Source of the DNA: Pseudomonadota bacterium | GTDB taxonomy: Bacteria > Pseudomonadota > Gammaproteobacteria > Burkholderiales > JBFMAC01 | DNA: 64,000 bases | Direction: 5' to 3' | NCBI GenBank assembly: GCA_040756015.1 | Contig: JBFMAC010000012.1 | Span: 15,377-79,376, forward strand | Shown: one piece after another, positions 9,309 to 17,256 of the stretch | How positions within the stretch are numbered: the first letter of the stretch is position 1 | Layout: every line of letters begins with the position of its first letter | Notes under the pieces: generated by a model | The model's database searches: none | Told to the model about the DNA's origin: nothing | What the model saw: only the letters and a program-made list of their open reading frames with translations | Translations under genes and position numbers: made by a program

Positions 9309-10649
9309 ATGCTGCGCACGCCCGAACTGTTGCTGCCTGCCGGCACACTGGAAAAAATGCGCGCCGCCTGCGATTTCGGGGCGGACGCCATCTACGCCGG
9401 GCAACCGCGCTATTCTCTGCGTGCGCGCAACAACGAGTTCAAGCTGGAGCAGTTACAGGCCGGCATCAGCGAGGCACACCAACGCGGCAAGAAATTCTAC
9501 GTCGCCAGCAATCTGATGCCGCACAACGCCAAGGTGAAAACCTATCTGGAAGACATGGAACCGGTAATCGCCATGCGGCCGGATGCGCTGATCATGGCCG
9601 ATCCCGGCCTGATCGCCATGGTGCGCGAGCGCTGGCCGGAAGTGGAAATCCATCTCTCGGTGCAGGCCAACACGGTAAACTACGCAGCGGTGAAATTCTG
9701 GCAGGCGCTGGGACTGACGCGCGTGATTCTGTCGCGTGAATTGTCGCTCGATGAAATCGAGGAAATCCGCCAGCAATGTCCGGACATCGAACTTGAAGTA
9801 TTCGTTCATGGCGCGCTGTGCATCGCCTATTCCGGCCGTTGCCTGCTATCCGGCTATTTCAACCACCGCGACGCCAACCAGGGCACCTGCACCAACTCCT
9901 GCCGCTGGGACTACAAGATGGAGAACGCGGCTGAAAACGGCGCAGGCGATATCCAGAAGATCGACTTCGATTTCGACCGGGCGCTCAGCGAATCCACACT
10001 ATCCGCTTGTGGGTCGCAGCCGCGCCACCCGCTCGCCGACCGCGTTTACCTGATCGCGCGTGCCGACCACCCGGGCGAACTGATGCCGGTGCTGGAAGAC
10101 GAACACGGCACCTACATCATGAACTCGAAAGACCTGCGCGCGCTCGAACACGTCGAGCGCTTGGTGAAAATCGGCATCGACTCGCTCAAGGTGGAAGGCC
10201 GCACCAAATCCATCTACTACGTGGCGCGCACTGCGCAGGTGTATCGCCAGGCGATAGCCGACGCCGTGGCCGGGCGCCCCTTCAACCCAAGCCTGCTCGG
10301 CGCGCTCGACGCGCTCGCCAGCCGGGGTTATACAGATGGCTTCTACCAGCGCCACCACACCCACGAACAGCAGAACTACCTGCGCGGTCACTCGGAAAGC
10401 ACGCGCCAGCAATATGTCGGCGACATCGTATCGTGTAAAAACGGCTATGCTGAAATCGACGTGAAAAACAAATTCCAGGTCGGCGACAAACTGGAAATCA
10501 TCCACCCTTCCGGCAACCGTATCGTCGAACTGGCCGAAATGCGCGGGCTGGAAGGCGAAGCGCTCAGCGTCGCCCCCGGCAGCGGCCATCATGTGTGTAT
10601 CCCGCTAAGCGACAACCTGACAAAAGGGATGGTAGCGCGGTTTTTATAA
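9309..10649 (+). CDS. yegQ: U32 family peptidase-like protein (YegQ/TrhP type)
   Basis: Reading from the ATG at 9309 gives MLRTPELLLPAGTLEKMRAACDFGADAIYAGQPRYSLRARNNEF...FVHGALCIAYSGRCLLSGYFNHRDANQGTCTNSCRW...LKVEGRTKS. This is colinear with my memory of E. coli YegQ. The track ORF's 5' extension (8685..9308) overlaps metF and is rejected. Confidence 0.88.
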   Translation: MLRTPELLLPAGTLEKMRAACDFGADAIYAGQPRYSLRARNNEFKLEQLQAGISEAHQRGKKFYVASNLMPHNAKVKTYLEDMEPVIAMRPDALIMADPGLIAMVRERWPEVEIHLSVQANTVNYAAVKFWQALGLTRVILSRELSLDEIEEIRQQCPDIELEVFVHGALCIAYSGRCLLSGYFNHRDANQGTCTNSCRWDYKMENAAENGAGDIQKIDFDFDRALSESTLSACGSQPRHPLADRVYLIARADHPGELMPVLEDEHGTYIMNSKDLRALEHVERLVKIGIDSLKVEGRTKSIYYVARTAQVYRQAIADAVAGRPFNPSLLGALDALASRGYTDGFYQRHHTHEQQNYLRGHSESTRQQYVGDIVSCKNGYAEIDVKNKFQVGDKLEIIHPSGNRIVELAEMRGLEGEALSVAPGSGHHVCIPLSDNLTKGMVARFL

Positions 10650-10675
10650 GTCTGGCCAATAATCCCTGTACCGTT

Positions 10676-10698
10676 CGCCCTGAGCTTGTCGAAGGGCG
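10676..10698. repeat. REP-like hairpin (CGCCCT-N11-AGGGCG)
   Basis: The reverse complement reads CCCTTCGACAAGCTCAGGGCGAACGG, which would translate as PFDKLRANG. This palindromic unit resembles intergenic REP elements seen in many proteobacteria. It lies directly after the yegQ stop. Confidence 0.45.
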
Positions 10699-10955
10699 CA
10701 TACTATCTGAACGTGTGAATTATGAGCTTCTGGGTTGATATTCCGCGCTCGATGATTTTTATTACACTGGCCATACTGACGAACTTGGCAAGCGCATTGG
10801 TAAGCACCAGAACAGGTTGTGTAATAGCTATACCACCAAACATTTGCCCGTTGAATTGGTGTTCAGCCAATAATTCCCCGCCCGCGAGGAGGAATTGACA
10901 GCCGAACAGCAAATCGAGGGCTGGGACCACAAGAAATGAACAGCCGTAAAATATT

Positions 10956-11345
10956 ATGCCAACCGAAACGACTTTGACACACTATCAACGCATCGGCGGC
11001 GCCGATGCCGTGCGCGCGCTGGTGCGGCGCTTCTACCAGGCCATGGATGAGCTGCCGGAAACGCACGGCATCCGCAAACTGCACCCGGAAAATTTGCAGG
11101 GCTCGGAAGAAAAGCTATTCAAGTTCCTGTCGGGATGGATGGGCGGGCCGCAACTGTTCGTGCAGGAATACGGCCATCCCATGCTGCGGCGGCGCCACTT
11201 CCCTTTTCCCATCAGCGAAGTGGAGCGCGACCAGTGGCTGACCTGCATGAACATCGCGCTAGCAGAAGTGGTCAAAGATGCCGCGCTACGGGAAGAGCTC
11301 GCTGCGGCATTCGCCAAAGTGGCGGATCACATGCGCAATCGCTGA
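10956..11345 (+). CDS. glbO: group 2 truncated haemoglobin
   Basis: The 129-aa ORF contains YQRIGGADAVRALVRRFYQAMD...FLSGWMGGPQLFVQEYGHPMLRRRHFPFPI...RDQWLTCM, the 2-on-2 globin pattern. Confidence 0.85.
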   Translation: MPTETTLTHYQRIGGADAVRALVRRFYQAMDELPETHGIRKLHPENLQGSEEKLFKFLSGWMGGPQLFVQEYGHPMLRRRHFPFPISEVERDQWLTCMNIALAEVVKDAALREELAAAFAKVADHMRNR

Positions 11346-11363
11346 GCGCCTTGCCCCATGTGA

Positions 11364-12230
11364 TTACTCCTGATCGAATGCCACATCCCCTGCACCCACC
11401 ACGCCGCCCGGCCGCATATTCCTGAAATCGAACAATGCGGCATCAAGCAGGTGCGACGGTACCACGTTCTGCATCGCAGTAAAGATGGCCTGGGTGCGGC
11501 CGGGATAGCGGCGCTCCCATTCGTGCAACAATTCCTTGGTGTGCTGGCGTTGCAAATTCTCCTGCGAACCACACAGGTTGCAGGGGATGATGGGGAATTG
11601 CATGCCGCGCGCGTAGCGCGCGATGTCTTTCTCGGCGCAATAGGCGAGCGGGCGGATGACGATGTGGTCGCCCTGGTCGGTGGTGAGCTTAGGCGGCATG
11701 GCCTTGAGTTTGCCGGCAAAGAACAGGTTGAGGAACAGTGTCTCTATCATGTCGTCGCGGTGATGCCCGAGCGCGATCTTGTTGGCGCCGAGCTCGCGCG
11801 CCACCCGGTAAATCACTCCGCGCCGCAGACGCGAGCACAGTGAGCAGGTGGTCTTGCCCTCGGGTATCTTTTCCTTGACGATGGAATAGGTGTCCTGCGT
11901 TTCGATGTGAAATTCCATGCCGATGCTTTGCAAGTAATTCGGCAACACCTCGGCGGGGAAGCCGGGCTGCTTCTGGTCGAGATTCATCGCGACGAGGCGG
12001 AAGTCGATGGGCGCACGCTTCTGCAGCGTGCGCAAAATATCGAGCAGCGTATAGGAATCCTTGCCGCCGGACAGGCACACCATCACGGTGTCGCCGGCTT
12101 CGATCATGTTGAAGTCGGCGATGGCACGGCCGACCTGATGCTCCAGCCGCCCTTTGAGACGGTTGAAGTTGCCGGAATGCTTTTCGATGTGCTCGAATTG
12201 TATGGGGTGGATTGCGTTCATGACGTGCAT
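11364..12230 (-). CDS. ttcA: tRNA 2-thiocytidine(32) synthetase
   Basis: The ORF contains the PP-loop [13 protein letters not shown], and the Cys motifs [10 protein letters not shown] and PCNLCGSQ. The start is taken at Met21 (12230); Met24 (12221) is equally possible. Confidence 0.9.
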   Translation of the reverse strand: MHVMNAIHPIQFEHIEKHSGNFNRLKGRLEHQVGRAIADFNMIEAGDTVMVCLSGGKDSYTLLDILRTLQKRAPIDFRLVAMNLDQKQPGFPAEVLPNYLQSIGMEFHIETQDTYSIVKEKIPEGKTTCSLCSRLRRGVIYRVARELGANKIALGHHRDDMIETLFLNLFFAGKLKAMPPKLTTDQGDHIVIRPLAYCAEKDIARYARGMQFPIIPCNLCGSQENLQRQHTKELLHEWERRYPGRTQAIFTAMQNVVPSHLLDAALFDFRNMRPGGVVGAGDVAFDQE

Positions 12231-12254
12231 TATCTCACCCCCGACCCGCCCAAG

Positions 12255-12279
12255 TAAAAAGGGCGGCTCGCGCCGCCCT
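12255..12279 (-). terminator. rho-independent terminator of btuB-like gene
   Basis: The minus strand reads GGGCGGC-GCGA-GCCGCCC followed by TTTTTA. It begins 21 nt after the receptor stop codon. Confidence 0.7.
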
Positions 12280-12299
12280 TGCCTGTCCAAACCAAGCGA

Positions 12300-14156
12300 T
12301 TATTGCTGGTAGCTGATCCCCATGAACAAAGTACGGCCGGGCGTGTTGTAACCATGCGCCAGCATGTAGTCGCGATCAAACAGGTTGTCCACGCGTATCG
12401 ACATCGTCATACGCTTGTCGAAAGCATAACGGGCGGCAAGATTGATCACGTCATAGCTTGCCAAGTTAGTGCGGCTGAAGGTGTTGATGTCGTAATCCAC
12501 CCGTGTCCCGCTGTGCTGCCATTCGGCTTGCGCCTGCCATGCGCCGAGCACATGGCCAATGCGCAAATTGGCATAGGTCTTGGCACGCCGCACCAGCACT
12601 TGGCCGGTTTGGGTATCGCGCGGATCTTGCGCAGTCAACGCAGCTTGCACGGTGGTATTGCCGAATCCGCCGACATATCCGATTTCGACACCATCGCTGC
12701 GTGCCTCGCCCAGATTGATCATGGTGCTGGCCATTTGCCCGTTGTTGGCGATCAGATCACGGACACGGTTGTCGAAATAGACCAGGTCGACGCGCTGGCC
12801 GGCAGACGCATAATGCGCGCCCACCTCCATGTTGCGCGAACGCTCCGGTTTCAAGTTGGGGTTGCCCTGATAGGTAAACCCGAAGCCATAGTCGGTGAAG
12901 GGATAAAACAGGTCATTCAGGGTCGGCGCCTTGAAAGCGGTGGCATAACTCGCGGTGGCGCGCCAAGCATCGTTGATGACATAGCCGTAGCCAAGCAGGC
13001 CAGTGTCCGCCGTGCCGAAATCAGAATAGCGATCCTGGCGCAAATTGGCTTGTACTTGGTGTACGCCATAGTTACCGGTGTAACCCGCAAACAGGCTATC
13101 CACCGTGCGCTTCGTACGCGTGAAGGCCGTGTTGGAAGACACCCGTTGTTCCAGCCGCTCCAGACCAGCCAATAGCTGTTTGCCTTCGCTTAGTTGCAGC
13201 GTATTTTGCCAAGCCAGTTGCTGGTTGGCGGTCTCGAACCGGCTATTTTCAATGCCGTTCAAAAAATCATGCCCATTGTCCTTGCCCTCGGCCAATTGCA
13301 GCTTGCTTTGCCAGGATGCGGAGAAACGATTTTCCGAAGCCAGCGACAGTTTCTGAATTTCAGATTTTCCGACGTTGACATCCGTGGCCATTCCAAACGC
13401 ATTGTCGTATTGGTTATTACCGCGACTATGGAATACCGTCGCGGCCAAGCTGTGATCGGTATTGAAAGCATGGCGCACGCCGGCCGACAGCGTCGTATTG
13501 TCATAGCCATCCCGATCAGGATTAACGGTGGGCACGATCGCAGGTTTGATCGCCGACACACCATCGGTCTTAAAAGTGGAAGCTTGCAAATTGAACCGGG
13601 TGCCTTCCACCTCCCCACCGAAGCCGGCGGACAAACGCTGCGTATTGAGCGAACCGGCGCCGGCACTGACGTTGAAGCCGGCCGCACCTCTCCCTTGCTT
13701 AGTGAAAATCTGGATCACGCCGCCGATGGCTTCCGAACCGTATAGACTGCTGACGTTGCCGCGCACCACCTCGATGCGCTCGATCTGGTCCAGCATCAAC
13801 TGATCCAGCGCGGTGGTGCCTGCGGTGGCGGAATTGATGCGTACACCATCGAGAAGCACCAGCACATGACTGGAATTGGTGCCGCGCATAAAGGTGCTGG
13901 ATAGCTTGCCAACCCCACCGGATTGGTAAACCTCGACCCCGGCTAGCCCACGTAGCAGACTAGGTACGTCCACGGCCTGCGAATTACGGATTTCTTCCTG
14001 CGTGATGACGCTGACATGAGCAATCGATTGCGGCACCGGTTGCGCAGAACGCGTCGCCGTCACCACCACATCGTCAGCTATATAGACCGGTATTTCTTCG
14101 GCATAACCGGGAACTGCACATGCAAGACCAAGAACAACTGCACTGATGGATTTCAT
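12300..14156 (-). CDS. btuB: TonB-dependent outer-membrane receptor, vitamin B12 (BtuB-like)
   Basis: Reading from Met27 of the track ORF gives MKSISAVVLGLACAVPGYAEE (signal peptide). The TonB box/plug region DDVVVTATR is present, the plug contains IERIEVVRGNVSSLYGSEAIGGVIQI, and the C-terminus is ...TLFMGISYQQ. A cobalamin riboswitch lies upstream. Confidence 0.85.
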   Translation of the reverse strand: MKSISAVVLGLACAVPGYAEEIPVYIADDVVVTATRSAQPVPQSIAHVSVITQEEIRNSQAVDVPSLLRGLAGVEVYQSGGVGKLSSTFMRGTNSSHVLVLLDGVRINSATAGTTALDQLMLDQIERIEVVRGNVSSLYGSEAIGGVIQIFTKQGRGAAGFNVSAGAGSLNTQRLSAGFGGEVEGTRFNLQASTFKTDGVSAIKPAIVPTVNPDRDGYDNTTLSAGVRHAFNTDHSLAATVFHSRGNNQYDNAFGMATDVNVGKSEIQKLSLASENRFSASWQSKLQLAEGKDNGHDFLNGIENSRFETANQQLAWQNTLQLSEGKQLLAGLERLEQRVSSNTAFTRTKRTVDSLFAGYTGNYGVHQVQANLRQDRYSDFGTADTGLLGYGYVINDAWRATASYATAFKAPTLNDLFYPFTDYGFGFTYQGNPNLKPERSRNMEVGAHYASAGQRVDLVYFDNRVRDLIANNGQMASTMINLGEARSDGVEIGYVGGFGNTTVQAALTAQDPRDTQTGQVLVRRAKTYANLRIGHVLGAWQAQAEWQHSGTRVDYDINTFSRTNLASYDVINLAARYAFDKRMTMSIRVDNLFDRDYMLAHGYNTPGRTLFMGISYQQ

Positions 14157-14254
14157 GAAGACTCCTTGTAGGCACGCCCGCCGCGTGCGGGATGGACAAC
14201 AAGGAAGCAAAGAGGAGAGATGATCGTAGAGCATCCGACCGAGCCACCGCCACC

Positions 14255-14462
14255 CGCGATGCTTCCCAACGGTAGTCCAGGCCGGTCTCCGGGCTCGCGT
14301 TAAGGCGCATCACCTTCCCATGAGCACAAACTCACAGTGGCATCTTGATGCGTCCCGACTCGCTTACCGTTGCGGGGGCAGCACAGGGGTTGCGTTGCAG
14401 GCAACGCGCACCTGTTTCCCGATTATCCGCAGGCGAGGAATTCGCCCACGGCACCTGAACGG
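14255..14462 (-). promoter_or_regulatory. cobalamin (AdoCbl) riboswitch
   Basis: The minus strand reads GGUGCC...AAUCGGGAAACAGGUG...GCUGCCCCCGCAACGGUAAGC...GCCACUG...GGGAAGGUG...AGCCCGGAGACCGGCC (B12 box at 14280..14295). It is immediately 5' of the receptor gene. Confidence 0.85.
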
Positions 14463-14496
14463 CACGCATTGTACCCGATGCGGAAGCGGCTTCGAA

Positions 14497-14823
14497 TCAG
14501 AATTTTTCGATGCGCGCCTGGTAGCGGTGCACGATGAGGCGGTAAAGATGTCCGCCAATTTGAATATGCGCGGCAACCGGCGCATCGAGTTCCAGAGTAT
14601 CGCCTCCGGCGGCCGACAAAGGCTTGAAGCCGAAGACATCCTGCCCGATCAGACGATTCAGGATATCCCTCAGCTCACCCTCGGGCAGGTGGTCGCCACT
14701 GTTATTGATCAATTCACAGGGTTTGCCGCGTGAAGTCGCCCCTGTTATGCATTGCTCTGCCACACCCTTCCTTGATATATCTTGGTTATCCGGAAAGCCA
14801 GCGCTCACCTTGACCCCCACCAT
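14497..14823 (-). CDS. hypothetical protein (108 aa), no family recognised
   Basis: The ORF starts with ATG and its codon third positions look coding-like. It begins MVGVKVSAGFPDNQDISRKGV and ends ...GGHLYRLIVHRYQARIEKF. It lies between the zapB-like promoter region and the B12 riboswitch. Confidence 0.4.
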   Translation of the reverse strand: MVGVKVSAGFPDNQDISRKGVAEQCITGATSRGKPCELINNSGDHLPEGELRDILNRLIGQDVFGFKPLSAAGGDTLELDAPVAAHIQIGGHLYRLIVHRYQARIEKF

Positions 14824-14897
14824 TTTGTGCTAAAGAACATTCAAAACGCGCCGTTATCAGTTGACTTTTCAGGATTTTTTCTCATATAGTGGTGGCT

Positions 14898-15092
14898 ATG
14901 GAAGCGGAACTCAAAGCTCTCGAGGACAAGATCGGCCAGTTGGTGCGTTTGTGCCAGCGGCTGCGCGCGGACAACATGCAATTGCGCCAGCAATTGGCCT
15001 CTTCGAGCAATGAAAACAAACATCTCCTTGAAAAAATCCACAATGCGCAAAATCGTCTTGAAGCGCTGCTCGATATGATGCCTGAAGAATGA
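14898..15092 (+). CDS. ZapB-like coiled-coil protein (TIGR02449-type) upstream of zapA
   Basis: The ORF reads MEAELKALEDKIGQLVRLCQRLRADNMQLRQQLASSSNENKHLLEKIHNAQNRLEALLDMM, a heptad coiled coil. Its stop overlaps the zapA ATG (ATGA). Confidence 0.6.
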   Translation: MEAELKALEDKIGQLVRLCQRLRADNMQLRQQLASSSNENKHLLEKIHNAQNRLEALLDMMPEE

Positions 15093-15397
15093 GCAAACCC
15101 AAAAATCTCGATGTCACCATCATGGGGCGCGAATTCCGCGTCGCCTGTCCAGAAGGCGAGGAAGCCGGCCTGCTCGAGGCTGTGGATTACCTCGACAAGA
15201 GAATGCGCGACATTCGCGACAACAGCAAGGTCGTGGGCATAGAGCGCATCGCCATCATGGCCGCGCTCAATGTCACCCACGAACTCCTCACCACGCGCGT
15301 ACCCGGCGGTTTTGACATCGGCGAGTTGAAGCGTAGAATGGCCGGTATGCAGGCAACCATCGACCAGGCGCTGGTCGACCAAGACAAGCTGTTTTAG
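15089..15397 (+). CDS. zapA: cell division protein ZapA
   Basis: The 102-aa ORF contains LDVTIMGREFRVACPEGEEAGLLEAVDYLDKRMRDIR...RIAIMAALNVTHEL. A 6S RNA follows, as in E. coli zapA-ssrS. Confidence 0.85.
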   Translation: MSKPKNLDVTIMGREFRVACPEGEEAGLLEAVDYLDKRMRDIRDNSKVVGIERIAIMAALNVTHELLTTRVPGGFDIGELKRRMAGMQATIDQALVDQDKLF

Positions 15398-15404
15398 TGG
15401 CAAA

Positions 15405-15590
15405 AAGTTTGTCCCCTGCGGTGTTCGCCTAGGCCGAATTCCTTTGAACCAATATTGGGTGTTTGGTTGCGGACCTGAGCGGCGCTGTTGTGCGCATCCA
15501 ATCCGGATGTGCCTGATGTGCCCGGAAAGCGGCCACCTTGAACCGTTAGGTTCAAGGATCACGGCCTGACGGCACCTGCGGGGGACTCCC
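15405..15590 (+). ncRNA. ssrS: 6S RNA
   Basis: The 5' GUCCCCUGCGGUG (15411..15423) pairs with the 3' CACCUGCGGGGGAC (15573..15586). The 3' half CACCUUGAACCGUUAGGUUCAAGGAUCACGGCCUGACGGCACCUGCGG matches E. coli 6S CACCUUGAACCAAGGGUUCAAGGGUUACAGCCUGCGGCGGCAUCUCGG. It has the conserved position after zapA. The ends are accurate to about 10 nt. Confidence 0.85.
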
Positions 15591-15611
15591 ATTCCGGCAC
15601 CGCCCTACCCG

Positions 15612-16070
15612 ATGAATTATTGGCTGATGAAGTCCGAGCCGTCGGAAGTCAGCATAGACGACCTCGCCGCCCTGCCCGGGCAGACCATATCCTGGTTCGG
15701 CGTACGCAATTACCAGGCGCGTAATTTCATGCGCGACCAGATGCGCGTCGGCGACCGCGCCTTTTTCTACCATTCCAGTTGTGCCGAGCCCGGTATCGCC
15801 GGCATCGTCGAGATTTGCCGCGCCGCCCACCCGGACGAGACACAGTTCGATGCGCGCAGCAAGTATTACGATGCCAAGGCCACGCGCGAACAGCCGCGCT
15901 GGTTCAACGTCGATGTCAAACTGGTTGAAAAAATCCGGCTGCTGCCGTTGCAGGAATTGCGCTCGCACGAGCCGCTCCGGCAGATGCAACTGTTGCAACG
16001 CGGCAACCGCCTGTCGATCACCCCGGTCAGCCCGCACGAATGGAAATTCATCCTGCGCCTGCTCGCGTAG
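15612..16070 (+). CDS. EVE domain protein
   Basis: The 152-aa ORF contains MNYWLMKSEPSEVSIDDL...WFGVRNYQARNFMRDQMRVGDRAFFYHS, the EVE/PUA-like pattern. Confidence 0.85.
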   Translation: MNYWLMKSEPSEVSIDDLAALPGQTISWFGVRNYQARNFMRDQMRVGDRAFFYHSSCAEPGIAGIVEICRAAHPDETQFDARSKYYDAKATREQPRWFNVDVKLVEKIRLLPLQELRSHEPLRQMQLLQRGNRLSITPVSPHEWKFILRLLA

Positions 16071-16862
16071 ATGGATATCCTGTTTTATTTTGCAACCGGC
16101 CTGTGCGCGGGATTTCTCGCCGGCCTGCTCGGTGTGGGCGGCGGACTCGTCATCGTGCCAGCGCTGCTGTTTGTTTTTACCACACAGCATTTCCCTGTCG
16201 CTTACGCGCTGCATCTGGCGCTGGGCACTTCGCTGGCGAGCATCGCCTTCACCTCCCTGTCGAGCATGCGCGAGCACCATCGTCACGGCGCGGTGCAGTG
16301 GCCCATCGTCAAAACGATCGCCCCCGGGATACTGATCGGCACCTTGTGCGGCGCGCTGCTCGCCGCGCGGATCGATGCGGGCTGGCTCAGGCTGTTTTTC
16401 ATCGTTTTCCTGTTCGTCGCCGCCACGCAGATTTTTTTCAACCTGCGCCCGGCAGGGGCACGTGCCCTGCCCGGCCGCTTCGGCTTAAGCCTTGCCGGCG
16501 GCATTATCGGCCTGGTTTCAAGCTGGGTCGGCATAGGCGGCGGCACCCTTACCGTGCCGTTCCTGCTCTGGTGCAGCGTCGGCATGCGCCAGGCGGTCGG
16601 CACCTCGGCCGCGGTCGGCTTCCCCATTGCCATCGCCGGGACCATCGGTTACATGATCGGCGGGATGAGCCAGCCCGGATTGCCGACAGGCAGCCTGGGC
16701 ATGGTCTACCTGCCCGCGCTGTTGCCGCTGGTACTGGCCAGCATGCTGTTAGCGCCGGCCGGCGCCCGGCTGGCGCATCGCATGCCTGTGGCCAAACTAA
16801 AAAAGATTTTTGCGCTGTTGCTGTATTTTCTTGGCACCAGGATGGCATTCGGCTCTGCATGA
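16071..16862 (+). CDS. TauE/SafE (TSUP) family membrane transporter
   Basis: The 263-aa polytopic ORF carries duplicated GVGGG/GIGGG motifs (LLGVGGGLVIVPAL, VGIGGGTLTVPFLL). Confidence 0.85.
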   Translation: MDILFYFATGLCAGFLAGLLGVGGGLVIVPALLFVFTTQHFPVAYALHLALGTSLASIAFTSLSSMREHHRHGAVQWPIVKTIAPGILIGTLCGALLAARIDAGWLRLFFIVFLFVAATQIFFNLRPAGARALPGRFGLSLAGGIIGLVSSWVGIGGGTLTVPFLLWCSVGMRQAVGTSAAVGFPIAIAGTIGYMIGGMSQPGLPTGSLGMVYLPALLPLVLASMLLAPAGARLAHRMPVAKLKKIFALLLYFLGTRMAFGSA

Positions 16863-16925
16863 GCTATGCTTAGCGCGCTGCCGACGCATTGCCGGCACGT
16901 TTATAAACACCATAAGGAGGAAAAA

Positions 16926-17219
16926 ATGAAGAAGGTGCTATCCGCTCTGGCCATTTCCCTGTTGGTTGTTTCTTACGCAGCAGCTTCGCCGCAGCAGGAA
17001 AAAATGAAGATGTGCAACAAGGAGGCCGGAGACCAGGGGTTGAAGGGGAGCGAGCGCAAGGCATTCATGAAAACCTGCCTGTCCGGCAAGGCCGACGAAG
17101 GCGGCGGCAAAATGGCCCAGCAGGACAGGATGAAGAGCTGCAACAAGGAGGCCAAGGAGAAAAGCCTCATGGGCGATGAACGCAAGGCGTTCATGAAAAC
17201 CTGCTTGTCCAACAAGTAG
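16926..17219 (+). CDS. PsiF-repeat periplasmic protein
   Basis: The ATG at 16926 follows AAGGAGGA. A signal peptide MKKVLSALAISLLVVSYAA is followed by two PsiF-like repeats (CNKEA...ERKAFMKTCLS, twice). Confidence 0.75.
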   Translation: MKKVLSALAISLLVVSYAAASPQQEKMKMCNKEAGDQGLKGSERKAFMKTCLSGKADEGGGKMAQQDRMKSCNKEAKEKSLMGDERKAFMKTCLSNK

Positions 17220-17230
17220 CAGGCATGCAA

Positions 17231-17256
17231 CCGGGCCGGCAACGATCCCGGCCCGG
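17231..17256. terminator. GC-rich hairpin between convergent genes (possible bidirectional terminator)
   Basis: CCGGGCCGG-N8-CCGGCCCGG forms a 9-bp perfect stem, but there is no clear U-tract on either side. Confidence 0.4.

Noticed and set aside
14320-14733. A 137-aa plus-strand ORF.
   Set aside because: It covers the reverse complement of the cobalamin riboswitch and the 3' part of the hypothetical gene. The conserved RNA motifs explain this sequence better.
14497-14823. A PilZ domain assignment for the 108-aa hypothetical protein.
   Set aside because: A DISRKG string fits DxSxxG, but there is no upstream RxxxR motif and no room for one before Met1. One short motif is insufficient.
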